64,000 nucleotides of DNA from positions 183,334,001-183,398,000 of the forward strand of contig NC_042998.1 in NCBI RefSeq assembly GCF_006345805.1, given 5' to 3'. Positions 48,869 to 60,339 of the stretch are shown one piece after another. Within the stretch, counting starts at the first letter, position 1. Each line of letters begins with the position of its first letter. The position numbers were made by a program, and so were the translations under genes. This DNA is from Octopus sinensis (Eukaryota). Under the pieces are notes generated by a model, which saw only the letters and a list, made by a program, of their open reading frames with translations, searched no databases and had not been told where the DNA came from.

Positions 48869-50009
48869 ATAAAAATCCTGCCTTAATTACCTCCCACCTA
48901 AGACAATCTATCACGGGGTAAAAAGATGATAAACAAAACATACCAACAAATGTATACATACACTTGCATGCATACATATACTGAATTTTTGGTTGACACC
49001 TTCCACCAACCATAGATCAGGTCTGTTGCTGTCAGTAGATTAAGAAGTTGAAAAAAAGAAGAAAAAAAACAGTTGTCCTCTCTGCTATAAGTTTCTGTCA
49101 TCATGTTTGTCAAATAATACTTCTCTGAACCTACTTCTGTTTGATGGTTCTTTAACCTCCATGTTCTTCTCTATTGCATTTTTGTTTCTGAGCCTATCTA
49201 GTTCTTATTTTGAAGTCACTAACGAACAGTCTGTCTTTGGTGTTACATTCTTTGCAAGAGTAAGACTTCATATATTGTCTATCCCTTTTTCTGGTGAGTA
49301 AAAAAATCTATCTGGCTTCTCAGTTACATATGTGTACTGTGTGTGTATGTGTGCATTTATTTATATCTGTAATATATTTGTGTGTATTTATATGAATATA
49401 TGTTTGTGGATTTCTTCTTGGGCTATATATCCTATTCATCTTCCTAAAATGCAAACCTCGCAACCTGTTCTCCAAGACACAAATTTTTTAATACCTAATC
49501 CATCCTATACTGTCCAGGTTTCACTTTACTGAAACTTTACTCCAAAAGTCACTCACCTCTCTCAATATTGACTCCCAGTTACTTTGGCTCAAAAGCTCCC
49601 TCCTCAATCCACATGTATTTATGCGCATGTGTGTATGACAGATTGCTAGCCACTACACATTCTTTATTTTCTCTCCCTGTTTCTTTCTGTGGAAGAGCAT
49701 AGGCTCGAAATGTTAAAGACTTTTTCACTTCCCAAGTGTTAAACTAATATATCTGTTTGTTGTCTGCACCACCTGTCTTCGTCTTTTGTTTTTTTGTGAA
49801 TTCTCCTTATATAGATGTATCAACTTTTATATATGTGTGTATGTATTATGTGTGTGTGTGTGTATATATATATATGTATGCAGATATATATTTATGTATA
49901 TATATATATATTTGTGTTTGTGTGCACATATATATATATTTCTGTCTGTTTTATCATGCTAGCATGGGTTAGACAAATATATTTTTGAGGCAATATTTTT
50001 ATCGTTAGA

Positions 50010-50725
50010 AGGTGGTAAGCTGGCAGAAAATGTTAGCACGTTATGCGAAATGCCTAGCAGTATTTTGTCTGTCTATGTTCTGAGTTCAAATTCCACCGAG
50101 GTCAACTTTGCCTTTCATCCTTTCAGGGTCGATAAATTAAGTACCAGTTGCATATTGGGGGCCAATCTAATCGACCCTCCCCCCATCCCCCAAAATTTTG
50201 GGCCTTGTGCCTAGAATAGAAAAGAATATTTTATTGTTGGATATATATCAAAGTAAGGCAGCGAGCTGGCAGAAACTTTAGCATATTTTGAAGGCGGCAA
50301 GCTAGCAGAAACGTTAGCATGTCGGGTGAAATGCTTAGCAGTATTTCGTCTGTCTTTATGTCCTGAGTTCAAACTCCGCCGAGGTCAGCTTTGCCTTTTG
50401 TCCTTTCAGGGTCAATAAATTAAGTACCAGTTATGCACTGGGGTTGATGTAATCAACTTAATCCCTTTGTCTGTCCTTGTATGTCCCCTCTATGTTTAGC
50501 CCATTGTGGGCAATAAAGTATTAAGAAACGTTAGCATTCTGGGCAAAATGCTAAGCAGTATTTCGTCTGTCTTTATGTTCTGAGTTCAAATTCCGCCAAA
50601 GTTGACTTTGCCTTTCATCCTTTCGGGGTTGATAAATTAAGTACCAGTTGCATACTGGCGTCAATCTAATCGACTGACTCTCTCTCTCCAAAAATTTTGG
50701 GCCTTGTGCCTAGATTAGAAAAGGA
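50010..50725 (+). mobile_element. Pile-up of at least 4 SINE family A copies
   Basis: Repeated heads (GGCAAGCTAGCAGAA) and cores in series. Confidence 0.85.
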
Positions 50726-50993
50726 TATATATCAAACTATAAAATATTGCTTCAAAAATATATTTGTCTAACCCATGCCAATGTGATAAAATGGACAGAA
50801 ATGAAAGGAATGTTTCTGTGTATGTGTGTGCAGGAGTGGCTTTATGGTAAATAGCTTGCTTACCAACCACGTGGTTCCAGGTTCAATCCCACTGCGTGGC
50901 ACCTTGAGCGAGTGTCTTCTACTATAGCCTCGGGCTGACCAGAGCCTTGTGAATGGATTTGGTAGACAGAAACTGAAAGAAGCCTGTTGTATG

Positions 50994-51030
<37 letters not shown>

Positions 51031-51857
51031 CACACACATGTGTGTGTGTACTTGTATCATTATCATCATTTTAGCATCCACTTTTCCATATTTGCATGTG
51101 TCAGATGGAGTTCACTGAAGAAGATTTTCTACACCTTCATGTTCTCCCTGTCACCAACCTTCACCACTTTCAAGCAAAGAAATATCTTCCCATTGCCAGT
51201 CATGATTTTGCAGGAGATTGAAAATGAATGACACTACTTGTATGTCAATGTCACTTATTTACAACTACCATGCATTGTGAAGACAAGAATATGGGTGTGT
51301 ATTTGTGTCTCTTTGTCTTGATATCATGTGATAGTTGCAAAGAGCATTACTGTTGTTCAAGCAGTGTCTTTCGTTTCCTCTCTTCCATGGATAGCACTTG
51401 TGGTGTGGGTTGGCAACAGTGAAAACCTACAGCTCAACAAAATTTGCCTCATGGAAACATGGGAAAATGGACATCAAAGCAATGATGATACTGTATATGC
51501 ATCATTATCATCATCATTTAATGTTCTCCTTCCATGCTAGCATGGGTGAGATGGTTTGACAGGAGCTGGCAAGTCAGAAGACTATGTCCACTTTGGCATA
51601 TTTTCTAGAGCTTGATGTCCTCACTGCTGTTGGTGTCTTGTAAAAAGCAGCCAGTACCCTCTGTAAGGTGGTTGGTGTTAGGAAGGGCATCCAGCCATAG
51701 AGACCTTGCCTAACATCTGCATATATGTGTGATGTATATTTATACACACATGTGATTGTGTGTATGTATATATATATATATATCTATGTATAAGTATGTG
51801 TGTGAATATATATATTTGATATAAGTAAGAAGATAAAGAATGAATTTAGCACAACTT

Positions 51858-51987
51858 TAATACTAGTTACAATTGTTTCTGTACCACTCCACGTCTAACC
51901 ACATTGCATGTAAATGATTTTATGTAGAAAATTATGCAATACATGTGGTTGAATATGTCTGAGTGGCACTTCATCAGGTTAACATTA
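51858..51987 (-). ncRNA. Candidate type I hammerhead ribozyme motif (Penelope/retrozyme-like)
   Basis: On -: stem I' TAATGTTAAC, CTGATGA, A, GTGCCACTC..GAGTGGTAC (stem II), A, GAAAC-AATT-GTA, stem I ACTAGTATTA. Core intact; the two core-proximal stem I pairs are mismatched. Confidence 0.6.
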
Positions 51988-52219
51988 GGTCATGTGTCTT
52001 TGATGTTCAGCTTACACTTTGAACTTTATTGGATATTTGCAATTTTGTCACACTACAGCCTATTATACTTGCTTCCTAACAATCCCTCAATTCCTCCTTT
52101 ATTTCTGCCATTCATGTAGTTACATTATTAACGTCATACCTCTCAATACTGGAGTTTTAATTAACTAACATACCTATTAGCTAATGAAGAAACTGTTTAC
52201 TTAGTATTTCATCATGCTA

Positions 52220-53075
52220 AGGCAGCAAGCTGGTCGAATTGTTAGCACACTGGGCAAAATGCTCAGCAGCTTTTTGTCTGTCTTCAGGTTCTGAGTTGAA
52301 ATATTGTGAAGGTAGATTTTACTTTACATCTTTTCAAGGTCAAAAAAGTAAATACCAGCCATGCACTGGGGTTGATGTAATCAACTTGCTCCTTCCCTCA
52401 AATTTGTACCTGTAATTGAAAGTATTATTATCATCATCATCATCATCATCATTATTATTATTATTAGGATGACAAGCTGGCAGAAACATTAGCACACCAG
52501 GTGAAATGCTTAGTGGTATTTCGTCTATCGCTACGTTCTGAGTTCAAATTCCACCGAGGTCGACTTTGCCTTTCATCCTTTCGGGGTCGATTAAATAGGT
52601 ACCTGTTACGACTTAATCCATTTGTCTGTCCTTGTTTGTCCCCGCTGTGTGTAGCCCCTTGTGGCCAGTAAAGAAATAAGAATTGTTGAGTTTAAATATC
52701 ATCAGAATAGACATGGCTTTCATCATTCCGAAGTTGATAAAATAAGTACCAATTAGGCACTGGAATTGATGTAATTGGCTTCCCACTCCCTTCAAATTTG
52801 CTAACCTTGTGCCAAAAATGAGAAAGACTTATAATCATTATAGTGTTTGTCTCTAATTAGTATTATTACTATGTTTATTATTGTTATTATTAGCATACCA
52901 TTCAAAATGCTTAGTGGCAGTTCACCCATCTTTACATTCTGAGTTCAAATTCTATCAAGGTCAGCTTAGTCTTTCATCCTCTTGAGGTTGATAAAACAAG
53001 TGTCAGTTGGGCACTGGGGTCAATGTAATCAACTCATCCCCTCCCCTGAACTTTGTGTCAAAATTTGAGATTATT
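52220..53075 (+). mobile_element. Cluster of 3-4 SINE family A copies of different ages
   Basis: Same head and core motifs; a further copy lies at 53428-53625. Confidence 0.75.
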
Positions 53076-53206
53076 ATTATTATTATTATTACCCTAACCC
53101 TGTCCTTTTCTTAACATTTTTGTTATTATTTCTATGATTTATCATTTATTATTCTTACTGTATTCTTTCTTTATTTTAATTTCATTACTGTTATTATCAT
53201 TATTAA

Positions 53207-53425
53207 CCCTTTAGCGTTCAGATTATTCCATCAAACATAATACCTATTGATTCCCATTGATTTGAATTAATCATGCATTATCTCATATCTTCAAGATCTT
53301 GATGGTGTAATTACTTAATGTAGAATAACATTGTAGGGTAGGTGTGAGAGCCTGGATCTGGTCAGTTTGAACATAAAGCAGATTAGCTATTTTGGCCGGA
53401 TATGGCTGGTTTAAACACTAAAGGG
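53207..53425. mobile_element. piggyBac-like MITE (intact)
   Basis: TTAA|CCCTTTAG ... CTAAAGGG|TTAA; 219 bp. Confidence 0.88.
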
Positions 53426-53632
53426 TTAAAGGCAGCAAGCTAGCAGAATCATTAGCACAGTAGACAACCTGATTAGTAGCATTTTACCCATCTTTTTGTT
53501 AAAATTCCACTGAGGCCAACTTGCTTTTTGGGTCAATGAAATAAGTACCAGTGGAGCACAGGGGCAAAAGGGCATTGTAATTCACTAGCCCCTCCACCTA
53601 AATTTCAGGCCTTGAGCCTTTTGTAGACAGGA

Positions 53633-53940
53633 CCTCTGTACGTGGCTTTTGTCGACATGAAGAAAACCTTTGACAGAGTCTTCCACTCACTTATCTGGTG
53701 GTCAGTGGGGAATCTAGGGATAATGAGTGGTTAGTAAGAGCTGTACAAGCCATGTACAGGGACACTGCCAGTAAGGGGAAGGTTGGCAGTGAGTATAGCA
53801 ATGAATTCAGTGTACAGGTAGGAGTTTAACAAGGATCCGTTCTCAGCCCTCTCTTGTTTATCATAGTCCTCCAGGCCTTAATAGAGGAATTCAAGGCTGG
53901 TTGCTCCTCTACACTGATGACCTTGTTCTTATAGCTGAAT
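53633..53940 (+). mobile_element. RTE LINE reverse-transcriptase fragment
   Basis: LYVAFVDMKKTFDRV ... QGSVLSPLLFIIVL ... LYTDDLVLIAE (frameshifted). Confidence 0.85.
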
Positions 53941-54319
53941 TTACTATCTGACTTTATCCTTTTTCATCATTATTATTTTTGTACTCGTTGTTTCCTCCTT
54001 ATATAAACAATGACAAATACATATTTTTCACACAGTGCTGAGGCATGACCTAATGCTAGCCTGATGAAGTACCACTCAGACATATTCAACCACACATTTG
54101 GTATAGTTTTTTACACAAAATCGTTTATAGTTTAACAATTATAACAAGTATTTAAGTTGTGCTAAATTCATTTTCCATCTCCTTGCTCATTACTATACTT
54201 TACTCTTCAAAATACTTAAACATTGCTTTTAACAGTTAGGTACCTCAACTTAGAATTTTCTTAAAGTACCAGTAAGAATGTAGATTGCCAGGAGTTTGTG
54301 TTGGGTGCTGTATAAGGAA

Positions 54320-54326
54320 TACATGC

Positions 54327-54360
<34 letters not shown>

Positions 54361-54569
54361 TAGGTCCTTGATGCAGCAGAAAATCATACAAATGTATACA
54401 TACATATTTATGTGTGTGTGTTTGTGTATATGTATCTATGTATATATATTTATATATATATGAATTTATGTTTGTATGGATATATGTATGAATATGTGTG
54501 TGTGTATATATGTGAATGCATATACTGTGTGTGTATATATGTGAATGCATATATTAATGTGTGTATGTA

Positions 54570-54607
<38 letters not shown>

Positions 54608-54785
54608 CATGTCTTTATGTGTATGTATATATGTTTATATTAATGTGTGTGTATATGTTTATATTATATAAAAAAATACGTATGTGTACATATAAATTAT
54701 AACTATATGTGTATGTATATATGTGTATGTGTGAATGTGTATGTGTGTGTGTGTATATATATATATGTATATACACACACAAGCA
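54320..54785. repeat. Long TA/TG low-complexity tract
   Basis: Direct reading. Confidence 0.92.
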
Positions 54786-55093
54786 TACGTTACATAATAT
54801 GTAAAATGGCAGGACAGATTCCCAAATATAACTGGCAGGATGTGTTTGTCTGTTATGTATTTGTGCTACATACAAATAGTATACTCTCTATCAGGTAATT
54901 TAACTCCAGTTTTAATGTGTTTTTTCTTTTTGCTGATATCTCATCCTAAAGAATGATTTTCTCAGACCTTAATATTTTTAAGAGGATAGATTAGATTTTA
55001 TTTATTTATTATGGATGATTTTTGGGAGTCAGTTTTCATTTTTTTTTTTCTTCTCTCCCCTCATCACAATTATCATGTGTGTCTGTGAGTGTA

Positions 55094-55136
<43 letters not shown>

Positions 55137-56650
55137 ATCAAATGAAATAAAATGAAAAACAGGACACAAAGGATGTCGTGGTACATATGTTTCAAGCTTT
55201 ATAGAACAACTTATTCTTACATCAGATGTAAGAGTAAGTTGTTCTATAAAGCTCGAAACATATGTACCGCAATATCCTTTGTGTCCTGTTTTTCATTTTA
55301 CTTCATTTGATACATATATCCTCTCACCTATGCTACTAGCTGGCATATACAGGTGCTTACATTTATCAAGTATTCACCCTGAATTTATTATATATATATA
55401 TATATATTACAATACAGACACATATACTCTTTAGGGATCATAAAGAGAATAGTACTTTATATATATATATATTATATATATATATAATATATATATATAT
55501 GTAATTAGTTTGAAACTAAAGCTTCATTATGTTTTACTATTGTCAATATTTGGAATCATGACAAAATGTAGCTTCAGTTTTAAACATGAAATTTAATAAA
55601 TGTACACTGCATGTGTTTTTTTTTTACCCTTGATCTACTTGATCAGTTCATCTTCAATATATTAGTGGTTATTTCATTAAATATTTTGTGATTGCTATGG
55701 GTTTTTTAAATTATTTTTTTTTATTATAATTTAGGCAAAATTATTTATGCCATTACAGAACAAAATTCACCAGATTTTCATTTTAGACATCAAATTATAT
55801 TCTCACTGAATGTGTTCATTTATAAAAATAGCAAATGTTTTAAAATTTCATTGTGATAAAAAGTGGAAGGTATGACAAGAGCAAACAAAGCTTTTTTGTT
55901 AAAATCTTGTCTGAAAATTTAAAGTTCACATCTTGTTCTTAAACTGATTGGAAAAAAAAAAGCACTGATCTTTTGTATCAGGGTGAGTACAATATTTTAA
56001 TTATCTATTATATATATATATATATATTTCTTTCTTTTTTTTTTTTGTCTCTGTCTAATCTTAGTATTCTTGCCTGCCCAACTTTCCAGACACACCTATG
56101 TTTTAACACATTTTCAGGAGATATAAAATTCTTCATCTCAAGTTTCATTCTCTCTTTCCCTCCATACGTGGATATATCTAGATTGAACTAGTCCCTGATC
56201 ATTTTAATTAAACTTTTAATCCAGAGAGCAAAACTGGCCAGTATAAACTTACTCTCTCAGGTGCTGCTAAGTTGTAAGTCTGTTTATTGATTTGACTTGG
56301 GTAATATTTTAAATGAAGCACGGTGGCTGTGAGCTGAAGCTGCTTGGCTAATAGCCACCTGATGTTACTACTACTTCTGAACTTGATTGATAAAACCAGT
56401 TTCTCAAACAAAAGCCAACTGGTCTGTGAAGTGTGGTTAAAGAATACAAAGCATAAATCTTCTTGCTTTTATAGCTTATTCCTGTGTTGTAATGTATAGC
56501 TTTAATTTCTCAAAATAAACCAACATAGCTCCTCTTTATAATAAAGCTGAAAAAAATTGTTTTTCAGTATGTGCTCAATTTCTGCTATAAAAGTTGAGAA
56601 GCAACAAAGTGTAATGCATCTTTTAATTAAGTATCTAGTGGTCAATTGTG

Positions 56651-57034
56651 GAGGCGCAATGGCCCAGTGGTTAGGGCAGCGGACTCACGGTCATAGGATC
56701 GCGGTTTCGATTCCCAGACCGGGCGTTGTGAGTGTTTATTGAGCGAAAACACCTAAAGCTCCACGAGGCTCCGGCAGGGGATGGTGGTGATCCCTGCTGT
56801 ACTCTTTCACCACAACTTTCTCTCACTCTTACTTCCTGTTTCTGTTGTACCTGTATTTCAAAGGGCCGGCCTTGTCACTCTCTGTGTCACGCTGAATATC
56901 CCCGAGAACTATGTTAAGGGTACACGTGTCTGTGGAGTGCTCAGCCACTTACACGTTAATTTCACGAACAGGCTGTTCCGTTGATTCGGATCAACCGGAA
57001 CCCTCATCGTCGTAACCGACGGAGTGCTTCCCAA
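56651..57034 (+). mobile_element. SINE family E, young full-length copy
   Basis: A-box TGGCCCAGTGG, B-box GTTTCGATTCC, CpG-rich body, perfect 12-bp TSD TGGTCAATTGTG (56639-56650, 57035-57046). Confidence 0.9.
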
Positions 57035-57492
57035 TGGTCAATTGTGACCATTTCTCTTAAACATCAATAGATGCTGCTGTTCAAAATAGGGATTCAGTAT
57101 TTGAAGATAGTTTTAATGTAACCATATTGCAGTTACCCTCCAGGTATCAATGGTCAATTCTGTCAAAGACTTTCCTTTAATCCAAATTGATAAAAAATTG
57201 TTAGAACATTTCTATGATTTATTGGTTAAGGTTGTTATGACTGATTTTCCTGAAATCACAAAAGGTTGCAGTCACATTACTTAGTACAAACTTTTGTTCA
57301 TACTTAGGCCAAAACCCTTAATTCCTTGAGACTTAAAATTATATATCCTCTTCTTGTTTGCATTCTTTTTCATTAGTACCACTATTCTAGCTCACCAATT
57401 AAAGATATACATGATGTGCTAGATGTAGAATGCATTATCTAAGATTGAAATCAATAAGTGTAATATGAAATTCACATGGTAAACCATCTGAT

Positions 57493-57708
57493 GGTGGCAA
57501 GCTGGCAGAAACATTAGCACACCAGGCGAAATGCTTAGCGGTATTTCGTCTGCTGTTACGTTCTGAGTTCAAATTCTGCCGAGGTCGACTTTGCCTTTCG
57601 TCCTTTTGGGGTTGATTAAATAAGTACCAGTTACGCACTGGGGTCAATATAATCGACTTAATCCATTTGTCTGTCCTTGTTTAGTCCCTTGTGGGTAGTA
57701 AAGAAATA
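57493..57708 (+). mobile_element. SINE family A, full length
   Basis: Perfect 15-bp TSD GGTAAACCATCTGAT (57478-57492, 57709-57723). Confidence 0.92.
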
Positions 57709-60339
57709 GGTAAACCATCTGATACCAGTAACTTGCCACTTATACAGCTGCCTGAGATCTAGTATATTCCAGATATTTTAAGGTGTCTTACAGTACCCTG
57801 CTTGTATTATCTAGAGTTGCAGCAGATTGCAATTCAGATATTGTGGCAAGAGAATGAATTGTGACTTTGTTGTCTCCTATACCCAAGTCTAAGAAATGAC
57901 TTTTTATATTTATTACCTTGAACATACATACTTTACTGCTGATGATATAATTTCCATTTGGTGTTTAATTACCTAGATCTGTTATCTCCTTTACATTTTT
58001 TATGAAAATCTTTTTCCAATTACCTCTGAATTCCCTTTCTATTTTGATTTCTAAGATTTTCCCAAACCTAATCAATTCCTCTCTAGTTTGCCCAACTTAC
58101 TATTTAGTATTTCTAGTTGCTTTCATCAAAACACTTAACTATTCTTTAATGTGGTCTCTCTCTCTCTCTCTATCTATCTATCTATAAATATATATATGTA
58201 TGTATATATTGGCTAGTTTTGTGCCAAATACATGTTGAGCTTTCATAATCTAGTGTTGAATAGCAATTAGACTCTTTTTTTTTTTCTTAACTGCACCCTC
58301 TAACATTATCCCAACCTCTCGGTTTCTTCATCAAAAACTTTCAACTTTTTATTTAATGAAGTAATGTGACTAAATTTATAATGTCTTTACTCATCTTTAT
58401 GAATACTTCCTGGTTCACACAACTGGGAATCTGATACACTTTACACATTGCCTAACAAGTCAGGATCAAACAAGTATGCTTTGGATCTCTAGACAGTTGT
58501 TAGTTTGTTTGTATCTCAATGACTGTGATATAACTGAAGTGGTGTTTACTTCTGTTGACAACAAAGGTACTGTGTTTAAAAATCTGCATAGTAATGAGGT
58601 ATGGGCTTTGAATATGTAATATCTATGAGGATTAAAGGGACTGATACAGCATGATGGGAGTTAATAGATTATGAATGTTGTCAATGAAGAGTAAGTTATG
58701 GGTTATGATTGCAGAATAAGTAGTGGTGAGGTCAGATCTCAAGATGCTAAACTTCAAATGAGATGATAAAAAGACTAAGGCCTTTTCAACCTATGCCAGT
58801 ATGAAAAAATTGCAATAAAACGATGGTGGCAGGTAAATTTACTTTTGGGTCTTTTCCTTTCTTTACAGTTCAGTGACTTTCTTATCTCACCCATTTTAAT
58901 AGGCTTGTCTTAATGCTCCATTTCTATTACTAAGAGCTGCAAAAGACTATTGAGGTAGATTTGGAAGTGCTACTCTTCACCCCCTCAGTTAAATGCTTCT
59001 CCTACACATTAGCTCAGTATGTGGCTGAAACTGTATTTAGGCTGTATTGACACACCCAGTCTCTGTCACCTGAATCAGTCAACATATTTCTGTGCCTTTA
59101 TGTCAAAGCACTTATCTTCTAGCTTTTGCAGAGCAATAAAACTGAATTGGTTTAAAATTGGTGACCAAGAGACCTTCATCTTACATTTTTTCTTGAATGT
59201 GATATTATTTGGGGGAAAAAAAAAGTTAATCTCACATGTTCTCTATTCTATTACTTAGTCCTTTGTAAACTTCACCATCTTCTAAGTTTTCTTTCTTCCG
59301 GTCCATTAAACCCATCTTACCTAATTCTTTGTAAGCTTTGCATGCTTGAAATAATGCATCATGCTTTCAGAAACTATGTCACTGCCAAAACATTGAAAAA
59401 TAAAGGAAACATGAGTGAGGTGAACAATAAATGTATCACAACAGAGAGAGGTGGGGTCAGGGATAAAGAACAATGTAAGATTAATGTTAAACATGATGGG
59501 AAGTGAAGCAGCTAAGATATGCAAAGCCTACTGCAAGTTTTAGTCAATTTTAAGGACCAAAAACTTGTAATCTGTAAAAGCCACAACCCCCAAACTATGG
59601 ACACTCTACACTGCCACTGTCTGTGATTTCTTAAAATCTCTAACTTAATACAATCTAGATAGTGTGATTGACTGCTTCATACCTGTCAATCAGAATTGTC
59701 TGTGTAAATGTGAGCCTTTCACGTCTAACCTTATCTGATATTTTATACAGAACACCAATCTGTCATTTACTCTTTTATAAGTAGGATATCCTCAAGAATG
59801 TCTCCAGACACCCGTAAAAATGTGGTTTTAAGATCGATATTGATGTGGACTTAAGGCTACAGATGTCCAAAATATGGGAATAGCTGATTAAATCAACCCA
59901 ATATTTAACTGATACATATTTTAGTGACCCAGAAGGATAAACAAAGCTGACCTTGGTAGGATTCATGCTCAAAATATAACTAAATATTGCTAGCTAGACA
60001 GTCTTTTGGTTCACTCTTCTTTTGATTCTTCCTTTTGTCTACCATAATACTCTTTTACTTGTTTCAGTCATTTGACTGCAGCCATGCTGGAGCACCGCCT
60101 TTAATTGAGCAACTCGGGACTTATTCTTTTGTAAGCCCAGTACTTATTCTATCGGTCTCTTGCCGAACCGCTAAGTAACGGGGACATAAACACACCACCA
60201 TCGGTTGTCAAGCAATGCTAGGGGGACAAACACACACACGCATATATATATATATATATATACATATATACGATGGGCTTCTTTCAGTTTCCGTCTACCA
60301 TGATTAATAATGTCAATATTAATCAGAAATAAGATTGTC

